Shown here: piece after piece, positions 33,033 to 45,702 of the stretch
Layout: each line of letters starts with the position of its first letter
Position numbering within the stretch: the first letter of the stretch is position 1
DNA from: an uncultured delta proteobacterium
GTDB lineage: Bacteria; Desulfobacterota; Desulfobacteria; Desulfobacterales; Desulfatirhabdiaceae
Direction of reading: 5' to 3'
Length of the DNA stretch: 64,000 bases
Assembly: GCA_963789395.1 (NCBI GenBank)
Contig: CAWBKP010000011.1
Span: 128,001-192,000, forward strand
Program-made: the position numbers and the translations under genes
Notes under the pieces: generated by a model
Database searches by the model: none
Told to the model about the DNA's origin: nothing
Seen by the model: the letters and a program-made list of their open reading frames with translations, nothing else

Positions 33033-33678
33033 TCAGACCTTTTCAACCCCTTTTTGAATCAGTTGCACCAGATCTGCAATCCACGCCTGGATCCCTGCCA
33101 TATCCCCGTCAAAAAGCCCGAGACCGGCATCCATATGCGGAACAGCCTGGGCCTGAAGGAACCGGTCCATCACGGCATCCAGCATGAAGGCAGCCCGGTT
33201 CAGGTCCACGTGATCCGCCAACTCTCCCCTGTTGCCTTGCGTCTTCAAGCAGGGAGCGAATATACTCGAGACTGTACTGGCGCAGCGCCAGCAGCATGTC
33301 ATTGCGGAAAGGAATGGTGTCGTCCGTCAAAAGCTGAAGGTAAAGCCGGTAGAGCAGCGGATGCTTTCGAATGAACCATGCGCCCGCCAGGAGCGTATCA
33401 TTGAGACGTGAAGGCAGGTCTTTCCGGCGGGAATTGTCCCGCACATCCCGGAGATTGTCCTTGACCCTTTCAAGGGCGCGGGAGAATACAAACCGGAACA
33501 GCCCGTCCTTGGTTCCAAAATACTGAAACAGAGAGCCCTTGGCGATACCCAGGCGGCCCACGATGCTGTTGATGCTGGCGCCGGCATACCCCTTCTGGCT
33601 GAATTCTTCCGAAGCGACAGAGAGAATGCGCTCTTTTTTTTCTTCCGGTAGGTTATGAAACCGTTCTGCCGCGGTCAC
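33033..33678 (-). CDS. TetR/AcrR family transcriptional regulator (frameshift near 33237)
   Basis: FHNLPEEKKERIL...EEFSQKGYAGASINSIVGRLGIAKGSLFQYFGTKDGLF HTH; C-terminus in ORF 33033..33302; GTG start after ggaagga. Confidence 0.88.
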
Positions 33679-33725
33679 AACTATCCTTCCTTTTGACAAT
33701 CAACAATGAGACGACTGTCTGAAAT

Positions 33726-33775
33726 AAAAAAACCCGCTCTCCATCACAGTAATAAACTGCAAACAGATGCGGGTT
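33726..33775 (-). terminator. Probable terminator downstream of tRNA-Leu(CAG)
   Basis: Minus strand aacccgc...gcgggttttttt, long loop. Confidence 0.45.
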
Positions 33776-33787
33776 ATCAATTTCAAG

Positions 33788-33874
33788 TGGTGCCGAAGGG
33801 GAGACTCGAACTCCCACCGGAGTACTCCGACTAGACCCTGAACCTAGCGCGTCTACCAGTTCCGCCACTTCGGC
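33788..33874 (-). tRNA. tRNA-Leu (anticodon CAG)
   Basis: Reverse complement GCCGAAGTGGCGGAACTGGTAGACGCGCTAGG-TTCAGGG-TCTAG...GTTCGAGTC...CTTCGGCACCA. Confidence 0.96.
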
Positions 33875-33974
33875 AAATCGAACATCAAATAGATTGATTT
33901 AATGTTCGATTTGGTCTAAATAGATTTTTTTTATGTGCATGTCAAGTTAATTGTTTTTCAGGATACGATTTTTC

Positions 33975-34916
<942 letters not shown>

Positions 34917-34921
34917 CTTAA

Positions 34922-35995
34922 ATGAAAAAAACCGCGTCGTTGTCCCTTTTCATCGGACTGGCCATTTCCATTGCCGCCCTGTACCTGGCATTCAGACAGG
35001 TCCCCTTCAGCGACCTGATGGCCTACCTGAAATCCATCAATTATCTCTGGATTATTCCGACGATATTGCTGGCTCTGACCGGATTCATGCTAAGGGTATA
35101 TCGCTGGCAGTTGATTCTGGGATCTTCGCAGCCACGTTGGTTTCTGGCAGGCCTTTCATCCCCTGATGATCGGATTCATGCTGAACTGCATTCTTCCGGG
35201 AAGGGTGGGCGAAGTCGCCAGGCCGGTCATTCTGCAGCAGAAAGAACAGGTTCCGTTTTCGACAGGTCTGGCAACCGTTGCCGCGGAGCGAACCTTTGAC
35301 GCCATGATTCTGCTGCTGCTTTTTTCATGGATGCTCACGGTGGTTCAGATTGATCCGGTGATGGAAATCCACTTCGGCGGTTATGTTCTCAACAAAACCC
35401 TCCTGCATCAGCGCGCGCAAAGGCATCATGCGCCTGAGCCTGCTGCTTTTGGCCGGTATCGTGCTGGTGGCGCTGGAATCCAGCCGGAACTGGATGAACC
35501 GGCTGTTTCTCTGGATTCCAAAGCTTTTTTTTTTCACCAGCCAGGCCTTTCAGGAACTGGTTTACCAGCGCGTCAGCCTGGTCCTGGTCCGGTTCACGCT
35601 GAGTTTTTCCAGAGGGTTTCTGCTGCATTAAGGAACCCTGGAAAATGGCCGGATGTTTTGCTCTTTCGCTCTTGATCTGGGGGTTGAATGTTTTATCTTA
35701 TTATACAATGACCCTGGGTGCTCCTGGCATTGAGTTGTCTTTTGCCGAGCTTTCCGTGGTCATGGTCATCGTCTGCCTGTTTATCTCGATTCCTTCCGCA
35801 CCAGGATTCTGGGGAATCTGGGAGGCGGGCGGCGTGTTTGCCCTGGCCCTTTTTGGCGTATCCGCCAAGGATGCGGCCGGATTTACCCTGGCCAATCATG
35901 CGGTCCAGATGCTGCCGGTGATCGTGGTCGGCATGGGATCGGCGATTGTGACAGGCGTGAATGTCTGGAAGATTTCCCGTGAAGTCGAAAGTTAG
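34922..35995 (+). CDS. Lysylphosphatidylglycerol synthase TM-domain / flippase-like membrane protein (frameshifted)
   Basis: LRVYRWQLIL; IGFMLNCILPGRVGEVARP...ERTFD; PSAPGFWGIWE across several ORFs. Confidence 0.78.
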
Positions 35996-36072
35996 GGGCG
36001 GATGAAGCGTCAGTACCCCGCTTGCAATGGTCAGGAATAATCGCTGACCACCAATTCAGTTGAGACATTTTT

Positions 36073-36582
36073 ATGGCAATACTTGAAATATTGGAATATC
36101 CGGACGGTTTTCTGAGCAAACCCGTCCTTCCGGTAACCGATATCAACGGCGATCTTCAGCAGAAGATCGATGACATGGCGCAGACCATGTATCATGCGCC
36201 GGGCGTCGGACTGGCCGCCTCCCAGGTGGGGATTAACCAGTGCTTTCTGGTGTACGACGTATCCCCCCGGGATGATAAGCGCGCGCTTCATGTCCTGATC
36301 AACCCGAGAATCGTCTGTCAGGAAGGCGAAATTCTTTCCGAAAATGAAGGCTGCCTGAGCGTTCCGGATTACCGGTCCGACGTTGTCCGCTTTTCGCAGA
36401 TTCAGGTGGAAGGCGTGGATCGGGACGGAAATCCGCTTTCCTTTGAGGCGGAAGGCTATCTGGCCATTGTATTGCAGCATGAAATCGATCATTTGCAGGG
36501 AGTCCTGTTTATTGATCGCATCAGCGCGCTCAAACGCAATCTTTATAAAAAACGCATCAAAAAGCGACTGAAACAATCATGA
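36073..36582 (+). CDS. def: Peptide deformylase
   Basis: GVGLAASQVG, EGCLSVP, QHEIDHLQG. Confidence 0.97.
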   Translation: MAILEILEYPDGFLSKPVLPVTDINGDLQQKIDDMAQTMYHAPGVGLAASQVGINQCFLVYDVSPRDDKRALHVLINPRIVCQEGEILSENEGCLSVPDYRSDVVRFSQIQVEGVDRDGNPLSFEAEGYLAIVLQHEIDHLQGVLFIDRISALKRNLYKKRIKKRLKQS

Positions 36583-37539
36583 TGGCCTGTAACAATGCTC
36601 TTCTTATCGCATCGTGTTCATGGGCACACCCGATTTCGCGGTTCCGGCGCTTAAAAGCCTTTGCAGCAGCGGGCACAGGGTTCTGCAGGTGGTTACCCAG
36701 CCGGACCGGCCCAAGGGACGCGGAAAGACGGTTGTTTTTCCGCCGGTCAAAGCGGCTGCGCTGGATCTGGGATGTTCCGCTCATCCAGCCCCAGTCGGTC
36801 CGGACTCAGGATTTCTGCGATGCGATGACCGCGCCTTGAGCCCGATCTATTGGTGGTCGTGGCCTATGGTCATGTCCTGCCCCAGCGGATACTGGCGATT
36901 CCGAAACTGGGGGCCGTCAACATTCACGCATCCCTGCTTCCCAGATACCGGGGTCCTGCGCCCATTCAATGGGCCGTCATCAATCGGGAAATAGAGACCG
37001 GCGTTACGCTGATGCTGATGGATAAAGGACTGGATACGGGAGATATCCTGTCGTCGGCATCGGTTCCGATTCTCCCTGATGACACATCCGGATCCCTGCA
37101 TGACCGGCTCGCCTTGCTGGGAGCGGATCTATTGATTCAGACCCTGAACTATTATGAAGTGCACCGGAAAAATGCAACCCCCCAGGTCCATGAACAGGCC
37201 AGCTATGCCCCGCTTTTGAAAAAAGAAGACGGGCATCTGGACTGGCGGCAGACCGCCGATGAACTGGAAGCGCGCATCCGGGGACTGACGCCGTGGCCCG
37301 GCGCATATTGTTTTTATAATGGAAAGCGGATCAAGATATACCGGGCATGCCCAAAAATCCATTGTGACGCATGGAGCCTCCCGGCACGGTCTTGAAAGGG
37401 ATTTTCAAATGAGCTGACCGTGGCGACCGGCAAGGATGCGCTGGTCATACAGGAGCTTCAAGGCGATTCCGGAAAACGCCTTTCGGCTCAGGATTTTCTG
37501 CGAGGCCACCCCATTTTGCCGGGAGCCGTACTGACATAA
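36579..37539 (+). CDS. fmt: Methionyl-tRNA formyltransferase (multiple frameshifts)
   Basis: [54 protein letters not shown]; follows def. Confidence 0.92.
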
Positions 37540-37574
37540 GCATTTTTTCAACCGTTCCTGACCCAAGAGGTTTC

Positions 37575-38939
37575 ATGCCGCCCAATTCCCGTCTGATTTC
37601 CTTAAGCGTTCTCAATGAAGTGGACCAGGACAAACAAACCCTGGACCATCTTCTGGACGCCACGTTTACGCGAATCGGAAATCTGCCGCAGCGGGAGAAA
37701 AATCTTACCTTTACAATCGTTTATGGGGTATTGCGCCATCGAAAACGCCTGGATTGGATTCTTGGCCATTTTTCCAGGACCGGACTGAACAAACTGGATC
37801 CGGAAGTGCTCAACATCCTCAGAATCGGCCTTTTTCAGATGGTCTATCTCACCCGCATCCCTGTGTCCGCTGCCGTCAATACCGCCGTTGATCTGGCCAA
37901 AACCCTTAAAAAACCGTGGCTGGCAAAATTCGTCAACGCCGTTTTGCGCGCTGCCGCCAGAGAATATCCGGCAGCTGTCCCCTCCGGATATGGAAAAAGA
38001 TCCGGTTTCGGCGGTTTCCATTGAAAAATCCATGCCCCGAGTGGCTGATCAGCCGATGGATTCCCCGATTCGGCCTATCCCAGACCCTTTTACTCTGCGA
38101 TATCATCAATACCATTCCGCCCCTTACCCTTCGGGTCAACACCCTTAAAACAACCCGAAGCGCCCTTCTGGAATCCGGGAGCCTTCATGCCCGCCGCATG
38201 GAACCGACTGCCTATGGTCCGGATGGCGTCCGGCTGGATCATCCGCAAGATCCGGTCGCCTACAATGGCAGGATTCAGGGAAGGTTTTTTTCAGGTTCAG
38301 GACGAAGCGGCCCAGCTTGTCACGCTGCTTCTGGACCCCCGGCCCGGAGAAACCGTGATGGATGCCTGCGCCGGCATGGGCGGGAAAACCGGTCACATTG
38401 CCCAGCGAGATGAAAAATACGGGAAAGATTCTGGCTCTGGACATCAGCCCGGACAAGCTTGAAAAAATTGCATCCGGAAATGCGCCGCCTGGGAATATCC
38501 ATCGTGGAAACCCGGGTGCATGACCTCAGCCGGCCCCTCGAACCCCGACTGGATCGGAAAATATGACCGGGTGCTTCTGGATGCCCCCTGCTCGGGCCTT
38601 GGCGTTCTTCGCCGCAATCCGGACATCAAATGGCGGGCTTCGCCGGATCGGCTGGAGCACTGCCAGGTCCGGCAGATCGCTTTTCTGGATCAGGTATCGC
38701 AGTTTGTCAAACCTTCCGGCGTTCTGGTCTATGCGGTCTGCAGCATGGAGCCCGAAGAAAATGAAGCCGTGGCGGCCGCGTTTTTGCGCGATCATCCGGC
38801 ATTTTCCGTTGAAAATAACCCTGCCGGACTGCCCCCGCAAATCCGTTCTCTGATGAATCCCGAAGGACATCTGAGAACTTTTCCGCATCTTCACGACATG
38901 GACGGTTTTTTCGCCGTCCGTTTCAGAAGAAGCGCTTGA
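37575..38939 (+). CDS. rsmB: 16S rRNA (cytosine967-C5)-methyltransferase with NusB-like N-terminus (multiple frameshifts)
   Basis: YGVLRH...[68 protein letters not shown]. Confidence 0.9.
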
Positions 38940-38956
38940 TTCATGGAGAAAATATA

Positions 38957-39968
38957 ATGACAATTTTGGTTACCGGCGGCGCCGGTTATATCGGCAGTCA
39001 TGCCTGCGTGGAACTTCTGGCCGCCGGCTATCCGGTGGTTGTGGTGGATAACCTGTCCAACAGCAAGGTGGAATCCCTGAGACGGGTTCAGCGCATTGCC
39101 GGAAAATCGCTGGCGTTTCATCAGGTGGATCTGAGAGACAAAGCCGCGCTCTCCGCCGTCTTTGACGCAAACGATATTCGAGGCCGTGATTCACTTTGCC
39201 GGCTTTAAAGCCGTGGGGGAATCCGTTACGTTTCCGCTTCGCTATTATCAGAACAATATCACGGGAACCCTTGTCCTGTGCGAAGTCATGAAGCGCCATC
39301 AGGTCAAGAATCTGGTGTTCAGCTCATCCTGCACGGTATACGGAGATCCGCACCGCGTTCCGGTCACCGAGGATTTCCCCCTTCATGCCACCAACCCTTA
39401 CGGTCGCACCAAGTTGATGATCGAGGAAATCCTGAAGGACATTTACGTCTCGGATCCTGCCTGGAATATCGCCCTGCTCCGCTATTTCAATCCGGTAGGC
39501 GCGCACGAAAGCGGACAGATCGGCGAAGATCCCAACGGCATCCCCAGCAACCTCCTGCCCTATATCTCGCAGGTGGGGGTGGGAAAGCTGAAGGAGCTTC
39601 AAGTATTTGGAAATGACTACCCGACACCGGACGGCACCGGTGTCCGGGATTTCATTCATGTGGTGGATCTGGCTGCCGGCCACATTCATGCGCTGAACAA
39701 GCTTGCCGGAAATCCGGGAATCGTCACCTTCAACCTGGGCACCGGAAAGGGCTACAGCGTCCTGGAAATGGTCACGGCCTTTGAAACCGCCAGCGGCAGG
39801 CGCATTCCCTACCGGATCGTGGCGCGCAGACCCGGGGATGTGGCCAGCAGCTATGCGGATCCTTCCAAGGCGCAAAGGGAAATGGGCTGGACCGCCCGGC
39901 GATTTCTGGACGATATCTGCCGGGATGCCTGGAGATGGCAGTCTCAAAACCCGAACGGATACGATTGA
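38957..39968 (+). CDS. galE: UDP-glucose 4-epimerase (frameshift near 39178)
   Basis: [48 protein letters not shown]. Confidence 0.94.
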
Positions 39969-40117
39969 GCTATTGGGTTTGTGTTGACACCCGATTCGTG
40001 AATGGATATTACGTCTGAATAGAAATCAGACTTCCAATCAAAATCCTAAATGCTAGAATTCGAATTTACGCTGCTACAATTTCATTTCATTTATTTATTT
40101 TAGAGGATGTTTCGTTT

Positions 40118-40450
40118 ATGACAGGTGAAAATGATATCGTTTTAATCCATTTTGAAGACAAGCCCCTGGTTTTTGCCAGAATAGAGGACATTACAGAGGA
40201 TTACAAACCCGGCTGGAATCACGTCAAGCTGCTTCTTCTGCAGGTTCCGCTTCAAACCGTTACCTGGATTCTGAGAAACGCCTATATCGATGGCGATCCG
40301 TTTACGATGGATGGGAAAAAAGTGCGGCTCGAAAAAATAATCTGCCCGGAAGATCCCGAGGAAAAAATTCCCGATACCGAAGCCGCAACTGAATCCAAAC
40401 CCGCACCCGGAACCAAGGTCATCTCGTTTTCCGATTTCAGAAAAAAATGA
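40118..40450 (+). CDS. Hypothetical protein
   Basis: 110-aa ORF with RBS (agagga) in operon context; no family assigned. Confidence 0.7.
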   Translation: MTGENDIVLIHFEDKPLVFARIEDITEDYKPGWNHVKLLLLQVPLQTVTWILRNAYIDGDPFTMDGKKVRLEKIICPEDPEEKIPDTEAATESKPAPGTKVISFSDFRKK

Positions 40451-40468
40451 AACAAGGGAGGTGTTCAC

Positions 40469-40954
40469 ATGGAACTCAAAACCGTAGCAATCGAAAACCC
40501 CGATGGACTCAACCTGATACTGGGTCAGTCCCATTTCATCAAAACCGTTGAAGACATTCATGAAGCCATGGTGAATGCCGTGCCCATGGCCAAATTCGGA
40601 CTGGCTTTTTGTGAAGCCTCGGACGTCTGCCTGGTCAGATATTCCGGCACGGATGACGCGTTGACCGCGCTGGCTCAAAAAAATGCGCTCAGCCTTGCCG
40701 CGGGCCACAGCTTCATTCTCTTTATGAAAGATCTCTTTCCGGTCAATGTCCTGAACGCCATCAAGAACGTTCCGGAAGTGTGCCGCATTTTTTGCGCAAC
40801 CGCCAATCCGGTTGAGGTGATTGTTGCGGAAACCGCGCAGGGAAGAGGGATTTTAGGGGTCATCGACGGGTTTGCCTCAAAAGGCATCGAAACCGCCGAT
40901 GACATTCACCATCGCAAGGATCTTCTTCGAAGATTCGGGTATAAACTCGGATGA
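40469..40954 (+). CDS. DUF355 / 'adenosine-specific kinase' family protein
   Basis: NLILGQSHFIKTVEDIHE, FGLAFCEAS, PEVCRIFCATANP, GRGILGVIDG, FGYKL. Confidence 0.85.
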   Translation: MELKTVAIENPDGLNLILGQSHFIKTVEDIHEAMVNAVPMAKFGLAFCEASDVCLVRYSGTDDALTALAQKNALSLAAGHSFILFMKDLFPVNVLNAIKNVPEVCRIFCATANPVEVIVAETAQGRGILGVIDGFASKGIETADDIHHRKDLLRRFGYKLG

Positions 40955-43381
40955 CCGCCGAATTGACCCCTGAAGAGCTGCGGGGCGTCTGCAGCGTTGA
41001 CCAGTTTCAGTTTGCCGACACTTCCGAACTGGATCCACTGGATGAGGTCATCGGCCAGGAACGGGCGGTTCAGGCAATCGATTTTGGTCTGAACATGAAG
41101 AGCCCCGGGTACAATATCTTTGTTACCGGCATCGCGGGCACGGGCAAATCGACCATCGTCAAGGAAATTATCGGCAAATTCGCCGCAGAGCTTCCGGCGC
41201 CCGATGACTGGTGCATGGTCAATAATTTCAAGGATGAATACTGCCCCAAGGCCCTCAGGGTTCCTTCGGGAAAGGCGGTTTTGTTCAGCAAATCCATTCA
41301 CCGGCTGATTGACGATTTAAAGACGGAACTTCCAAAGACATTTGAAAGCAAGCTGGCACAGGACCGCATTTCGGAAATTCAGAACGCGTTTGTGGATCAG
41401 CAGAAAGCCCTGCTGGAAAAAGTCGAAGTATCCGCGGAGCAGAAACAGATCCGGATCAGCCGGGACGACTCCGGATATCAGCCCGTTCCTTACAGGAATG
41501 GCAAACCGGTCTCGGCAGAGGAATTCGAGGCCTTTTCTCTGGAAATGCAGTCCGAAATCGAAGAAAACCTCCGAAAGATTCAAATCGAGCTTGAAGCCGC
41601 GCTTCGGGAAATCAACAAGCTGAACCAGATCATCAATGACCGGGTGGAAGCCTACATGGAAGAGGTCACGCGCCGGCTGCTTCAGGACCGGCTCAAGCCC
41701 CTTCAGGACCCGTACATCGGCTATGAAGACATTCTTTCCTTTCTTCAGGCCCTTGAAGACGATGTGGTAGAAAACCTGGACCGTTTTGTGACCCTGCCCG
41801 ACGGGAAAAGGACATGTCCGGACGATGCCGAATCCAATCATGAAGCCGCTCCTTTTTTTCATCGATACCGCGTCAATATCCTGGTTGAGCAGAAATCGGA
41901 GAAAGGCGCGCCGGTTATTTTCGAAACCAACCCCACTTACTCAAATGTCATCGGCCGCATCGAAAAACGCGCTTACATGGGCGCCGTTACAACGGATTTT
42001 ACCCTGGTGCAGGCCGGCGCGCTGCTGAAAGCCTGCGGCGGATATCTGATGATGGAGATTGAGCCGCTTCTGTTGAACCCTTATGTCTGGGAAGCCCTGA
42101 AACGCTCGCTTCAGAACAAATCTCTGGCCATCGAAGATGTGCCGTCGGATGCGGGGTCTCAATCGGCATCGCTTCGCCCGGAATTGATTCCGCTGGAGGT
42201 AAAGGTCATCCTGCTCGGCAACTATGAGATGTTTGAATCGCTTCAGAATTTTGATTCCAAATTCAACAAGATCTTCCGGGTCCGGGCGGATTTTGATGAT
42301 GAGGTGGCCCTGAATGCCGATGCCGTCCAGAAATATGCCCGGTTTATCGCAAGGGTCTGCAAGGCTGAAAAACTGCTTCCGTTTACGCCGGATGCGGTTG
42401 CGGCAGTCGTCGAATACGGCAAGCAATCCATAGAAGATAAAAACCGGCTTTCGCTGCGCTTTGGCCCGATTGTGGCGCTTCTGAAGGAAGCGGACTACTG
42501 GGCGCAAAAAGACCGATCCCAGCGCGTTACCGCCGGTTATGTGTCCCAGGCCCTGAATGAATACCGGTTCCGCTATAACCTCTACGAAGAAAAGATTCAT
42601 GAATCCTATATGGATGGCACGGTTCTTCTGGATGTTGCCGGTTCGGTTGCCGGTCAGGTCAATGCGCTGGCCGTGTATCAGATCGGCGATATCTCCTTTG
42701 GCCGCCCTTCCCGAATCACGGCCGAAACCTTCATGGGAAAACCCGGCGTCATCAATATCGAAAGAGAGACCCATTTAAGCGGAAATACCCACGACAAGGG
42801 GGTCCTGATCCTGTCGGGATATCTGGGGAAAACCTTTGCCCAGCTTTATCCCCTGAGCCTGACCATCAGCATTGCATTTGAACAGAACTACGGCGTGATC
42901 GACGGCGACAGCGCCATCATCCTCGGAACTCTATGCCGTTATTTCAAGTTTATCCGATGTTCCCATTTTTCAGGGCATCGCCGTGACCGGTTCGGTCAAC
43001 CAGAAGGGGGAAATTCAGGCCATCGGCGGCGTGAATGAAAAAATCGAAGGGTTTTACGATGTTTGCAAAACCCGGGGGCTGACCGGCCGGCAGGGCGTGA
43101 TGATTCCGGCTGCCAACGTGAAAAACCTGATGCTGAAGCAGGAAGTCGTGGAAGCGGTTCGACAAAATCTCTTTCATGTCTATCCGGTATCGACCATTTC
43201 CGAGGGAATGGAGATTTTAACCGGAATGCCCGCCGGAACAATGGATTCGAATGGCATTTATCCGGAAACAACCGTCTTTGGAAGGGTTCAGAAAAAACTG
43301 AAATCGTTTTTGAAACGATCCATGGAATTCAGCCATCCCCTGGGGGCACCGCATGCGCCGGTTTTTTATCCCGAGTCATAG
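40951..43381 (+). CDS. Lon-like S16 protease, LonC-type (frameshift near 42916)
   Basis: IGQERAVQAI, GIAGTGKST, GQVNALAV, HDKGVLIL, catalytic DGDSA|SSSELY (split by an extra base), TGSVNQKGEIQAIGGVNEKIEGF. Confidence 0.88.
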
Positions 43382-44243
43382 CCTTTCCGGCGATAGCCCG
43401 GTCATCACCGGCGATGACGCCGGCCATATCCGAAACGTTCTCAGGCTGAAACCCGGAGATGAGATCGAGCTGATTGACGGCACCGGCCTGGAATGCGATG
43501 CCCGGATTGTCCGCATGTCGTCCGGAAAAGTGGAGGTGTCGATCCTCCGGCGGCGCTTTTCGGAGTCCCGGTCCGCCCTTCGCCTGATTATCGCCCAGGC
43601 GATGTTAAAGGACAACAAGCCGGATGTCATTATCCGGCAGATTACAGAGATGGGCATCCACGAATGGGTTCCCTTTGCCGCGCACCGCTCGGTTCCGGTT
43701 CTGAATGCCCAACGAATCCGCACCCGCAAAGACCGATGGGAGAAAATCGCCATCGAAGCCCTCAAACAGTGCCGGCGCAGCAACCTCCTTAAAATATCCG
43801 ATCTGCTGACTTATGATGCAATGCTCGCTTACGGCCGGGATTGCGACATCAAACTGATATTCTGGGAAGATGAATCGCCTTCCAGACCGTTTGAATTGCC
43901 CGATGCGAATGCCGGTTCCGTTCAGAGCGTCATGGCGATTATCGGCCCCGAAGGCGGTTTTACCCCGGAAGAAATCGCCGCTGCCAGAGCCTGCGGGTAC
44001 ACGACCGTATCCCTGGGACCCCGTATTTTAAAAGCCGATACGGCAACCCTTGCCGTCAGCACCTTGCTGCAATACGGGTATGGCGACATGAGACCGTTGA
44101 AACCATCCGCCCTGCCCTTCCAATACGGAGAGTCAATAAGGAAATATTTCCTTTTATTTCAGAGCATCATGATTCAACCGAATTTATTGTTGACAAAACA
44201 TCCGCCATTCAATATAAATCATCGTGTTTGGAGGCCGAGGTAG
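43353..44243 (+). CDS. rsmE: 16S rRNA (uracil1498-N3)-methyltransferase; true 3' end probably near 44100
   Basis: HIRNVLRLKPG, RWEKIAIEALKQC, IGPEGGFT, SLGPRILKADTA. Confidence 0.92.
   Translation: MRRFFIPSHSLSGDSPVITGDDAGHIRNVLRLKPGDEIELIDGTGLECDARIVRMSSGKVEVSILRRRFSESRSALRLIIAQAMLKDNKPDVIIRQITEMGIHEWVPFAAHRSVPVLNAQRIRTRKDRWEKIAIEALKQCRRSNLLKISDLLTYDAMLAYGRDCDIKLIFWEDESPSRPFELPDANAGSVQSVMAIIGPEGGFTPEEIAAARACGYTTVSLGPRILKADTATLAVSTLLQYGYGDMRPLKPSALPFQYGESIRKYFLLFQSIMIQPNLLLTKHPPFNINHRVWRPR
44190..44218 (+). promoter_or_regulatory. Sigma70 promoter of tRNA-Phe
   Basis: TTGACA-17 nt-TATAAA, ending 15 nt upstream of the tRNA. Confidence 0.7.
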
Positions 44244-44306
44244 CTCAGTCGGTAGAGCAGGGGACTGAAAATCCCCGTGTGGGCGGTTCGATTCCGTCCC
44301 TCGGCA
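44234..44306 (+). tRNA. tRNA-Phe (anticodon GAA), CCA not encoded
   Basis: GCCGAGG...CCTCGGC-A; anticodon arm GGGGA-CTGAAAA-TCCCC; GGTTCGATTCC T loop. Confidence 0.96.
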
Positions 44307-44317
44307 CTTTAAAAATC

Positions 44318-44355
44318 AAGGGGTTACGGCTAAATGCTGTGACCCCTTTTTCTTT
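44318..44355 (+). terminator. Terminator after tRNA-Phe
   Basis: aaggggttacggc-taaat-gctgtgacccctt followed by Ts. Confidence 0.75.
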
Positions 44356-44451
44356 GGAAAGCCAATCTGTCATAAATTTTTATCCAGTGGGAAGAGACTA
44401 TCCGAGCCGAAACAGCACAAAAAGACAACTTCAAGCTATTCCCGGAGTGAA

Positions 44452-45702
44452 ATGATATCTGATCCCGTCAGACGCTGGCTCATCTTTTTGATTGCCAGCC
44501 TGCTGTTTTTACTCTCCCAGTTTTACCGGGCTTCGGTAGCTGTCATTGCCCCGGATCTGATCCGGGATCTGGGCATGGACACACGCGGACTCAGCCTGAT
44601 TTCAGCCGCATTTTTTTACGCCTTTGCCTTGATGCAAATCCCGATCATCATGTACCTGGACGGTATCGGACCCAGGTTGTCCATGGCCGCGCTTTCCCTG
44701 ATCGCAGTTATTGGCGCCATGATGTTTGCCATGGGGCACTCCCTGACCGTACTGGTGACCGGCCGAATGCTTATAGGAATCGGAATGGCCTGTAATCTTA
44801 TGGGAACCCTCAAGCTCATCACCTTATGGTTTACCCCCCTGCGTTTTGCCACGCTGTCCGCCCTGGTAACCTCCCTGGGCACGGTCGGCAACCTGATCGC
44901 CGCAACACCGCTGGTGCTGATAGTTCAGGCAGTGGGATGGCGAAACTCCTTTCTGATTATCGCCGGAATCAACCTGCTTTTAACGCTTCTTTTTTATCTT
45001 ATTACACGGGACCGGCCCGAATCATCGGTGAGCCGGGATGTCCCTAAAGCGGCATCGACCCATATCCGGGAAATACGGATCAACCTCCGCCACCTGTTCG
45101 GGGAAAAGGATTACTGGATTATTTCACTGGGTACGTTTTGCCGCTATGGTATTTTTGCGGCTGTCCAGTCCCTTTGGGCAGCCCCGTTTCTGATCAATGT
45201 AATCGGCATTTCTGTTGTATCTGCCGGCAATCTGCTTTTGTTGATGAGCATGGGTATGGTGATCGGCAGTCCGGTCTGCGGATGGCTTTCCGATGCGGTA
45301 TTGAAAAACCGCAAGGGCATTATTGTTTCCGGACTGATTGCCATGGGAGCGTTACTGTCCCTGCTAACAAGATTGTCATCCGGTACCTCCATGATGCTGC
45401 TCTGCGTTCTTTTTTTTGGTTTTGGATTTATCAGCAGTTCCGGGGGCATCATGTATGCCCATATCAAGGAGAAGATGCCGGCCGAACTTGCGGGAACGGC
45501 CATGACCGGAATCAATTTTTTCACCATGATCGGCGGGGCTGTATTTCTTCAGGGACTCGGGAATATGATGCATTTTTTTCACCCCCGGGAGTCTCTGGGC
45601 GATTCCGCATTTACGATTGCGTTTTTATTCTGCGCGATCTGTCTGTGGATCACCGCCGCTTTTTATTTGTTCACTGTGGAAACTCTGAGAAAAAAACCAT
45701 AA
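44452..45702 (+). CDS. MFS transporter
   Basis: About 12 hydrophobic segments; FYAFALMQIP, LDGIGPR, GRMLIGIG, GWLSD. Confidence 0.88.
   Translation: MISDPVRRWLIFLIASLLFLLSQFYRASVAVIAPDLIRDLGMDTRGLSLISAAFFYAFALMQIPIIMYLDGIGPRLSMAALSLIAVIGAMMFAMGHSLTVLVTGRMLIGIGMACNLMGTLKLITLWFTPLRFATLSALVTSLGTVGNLIAATPLVLIVQAVGWRNSFLIIAGINLLLTLLFYLITRDRPESSVSRDVPKAASTHIREIRINLRHLFGEKDYWIISLGTFCRYGIFAAVQSLWAAPFLINVIGISVVSAGNLLLLMSMGMVIGSPVCGWLSDAVLKNRKGIIVSGLIAMGALLSLLTRLSSGTSMMLLCVLFFGFGFISSSGGIMYAHIKEKMPAELAGTAMTGINFFTMIGGAVFLQGLGNMMHFFHPRESLGDSAFTIAFLFCAICLWITAAFYLFTVETLRKKP

Noticed and set aside
44100..44243. C-terminal extension of rsmE over the tRNA-Phe promoter and tRNA
   Set aside because: The RsmE domain ends near YGYGDM; the extension is more likely an indel or stop-loss artefact
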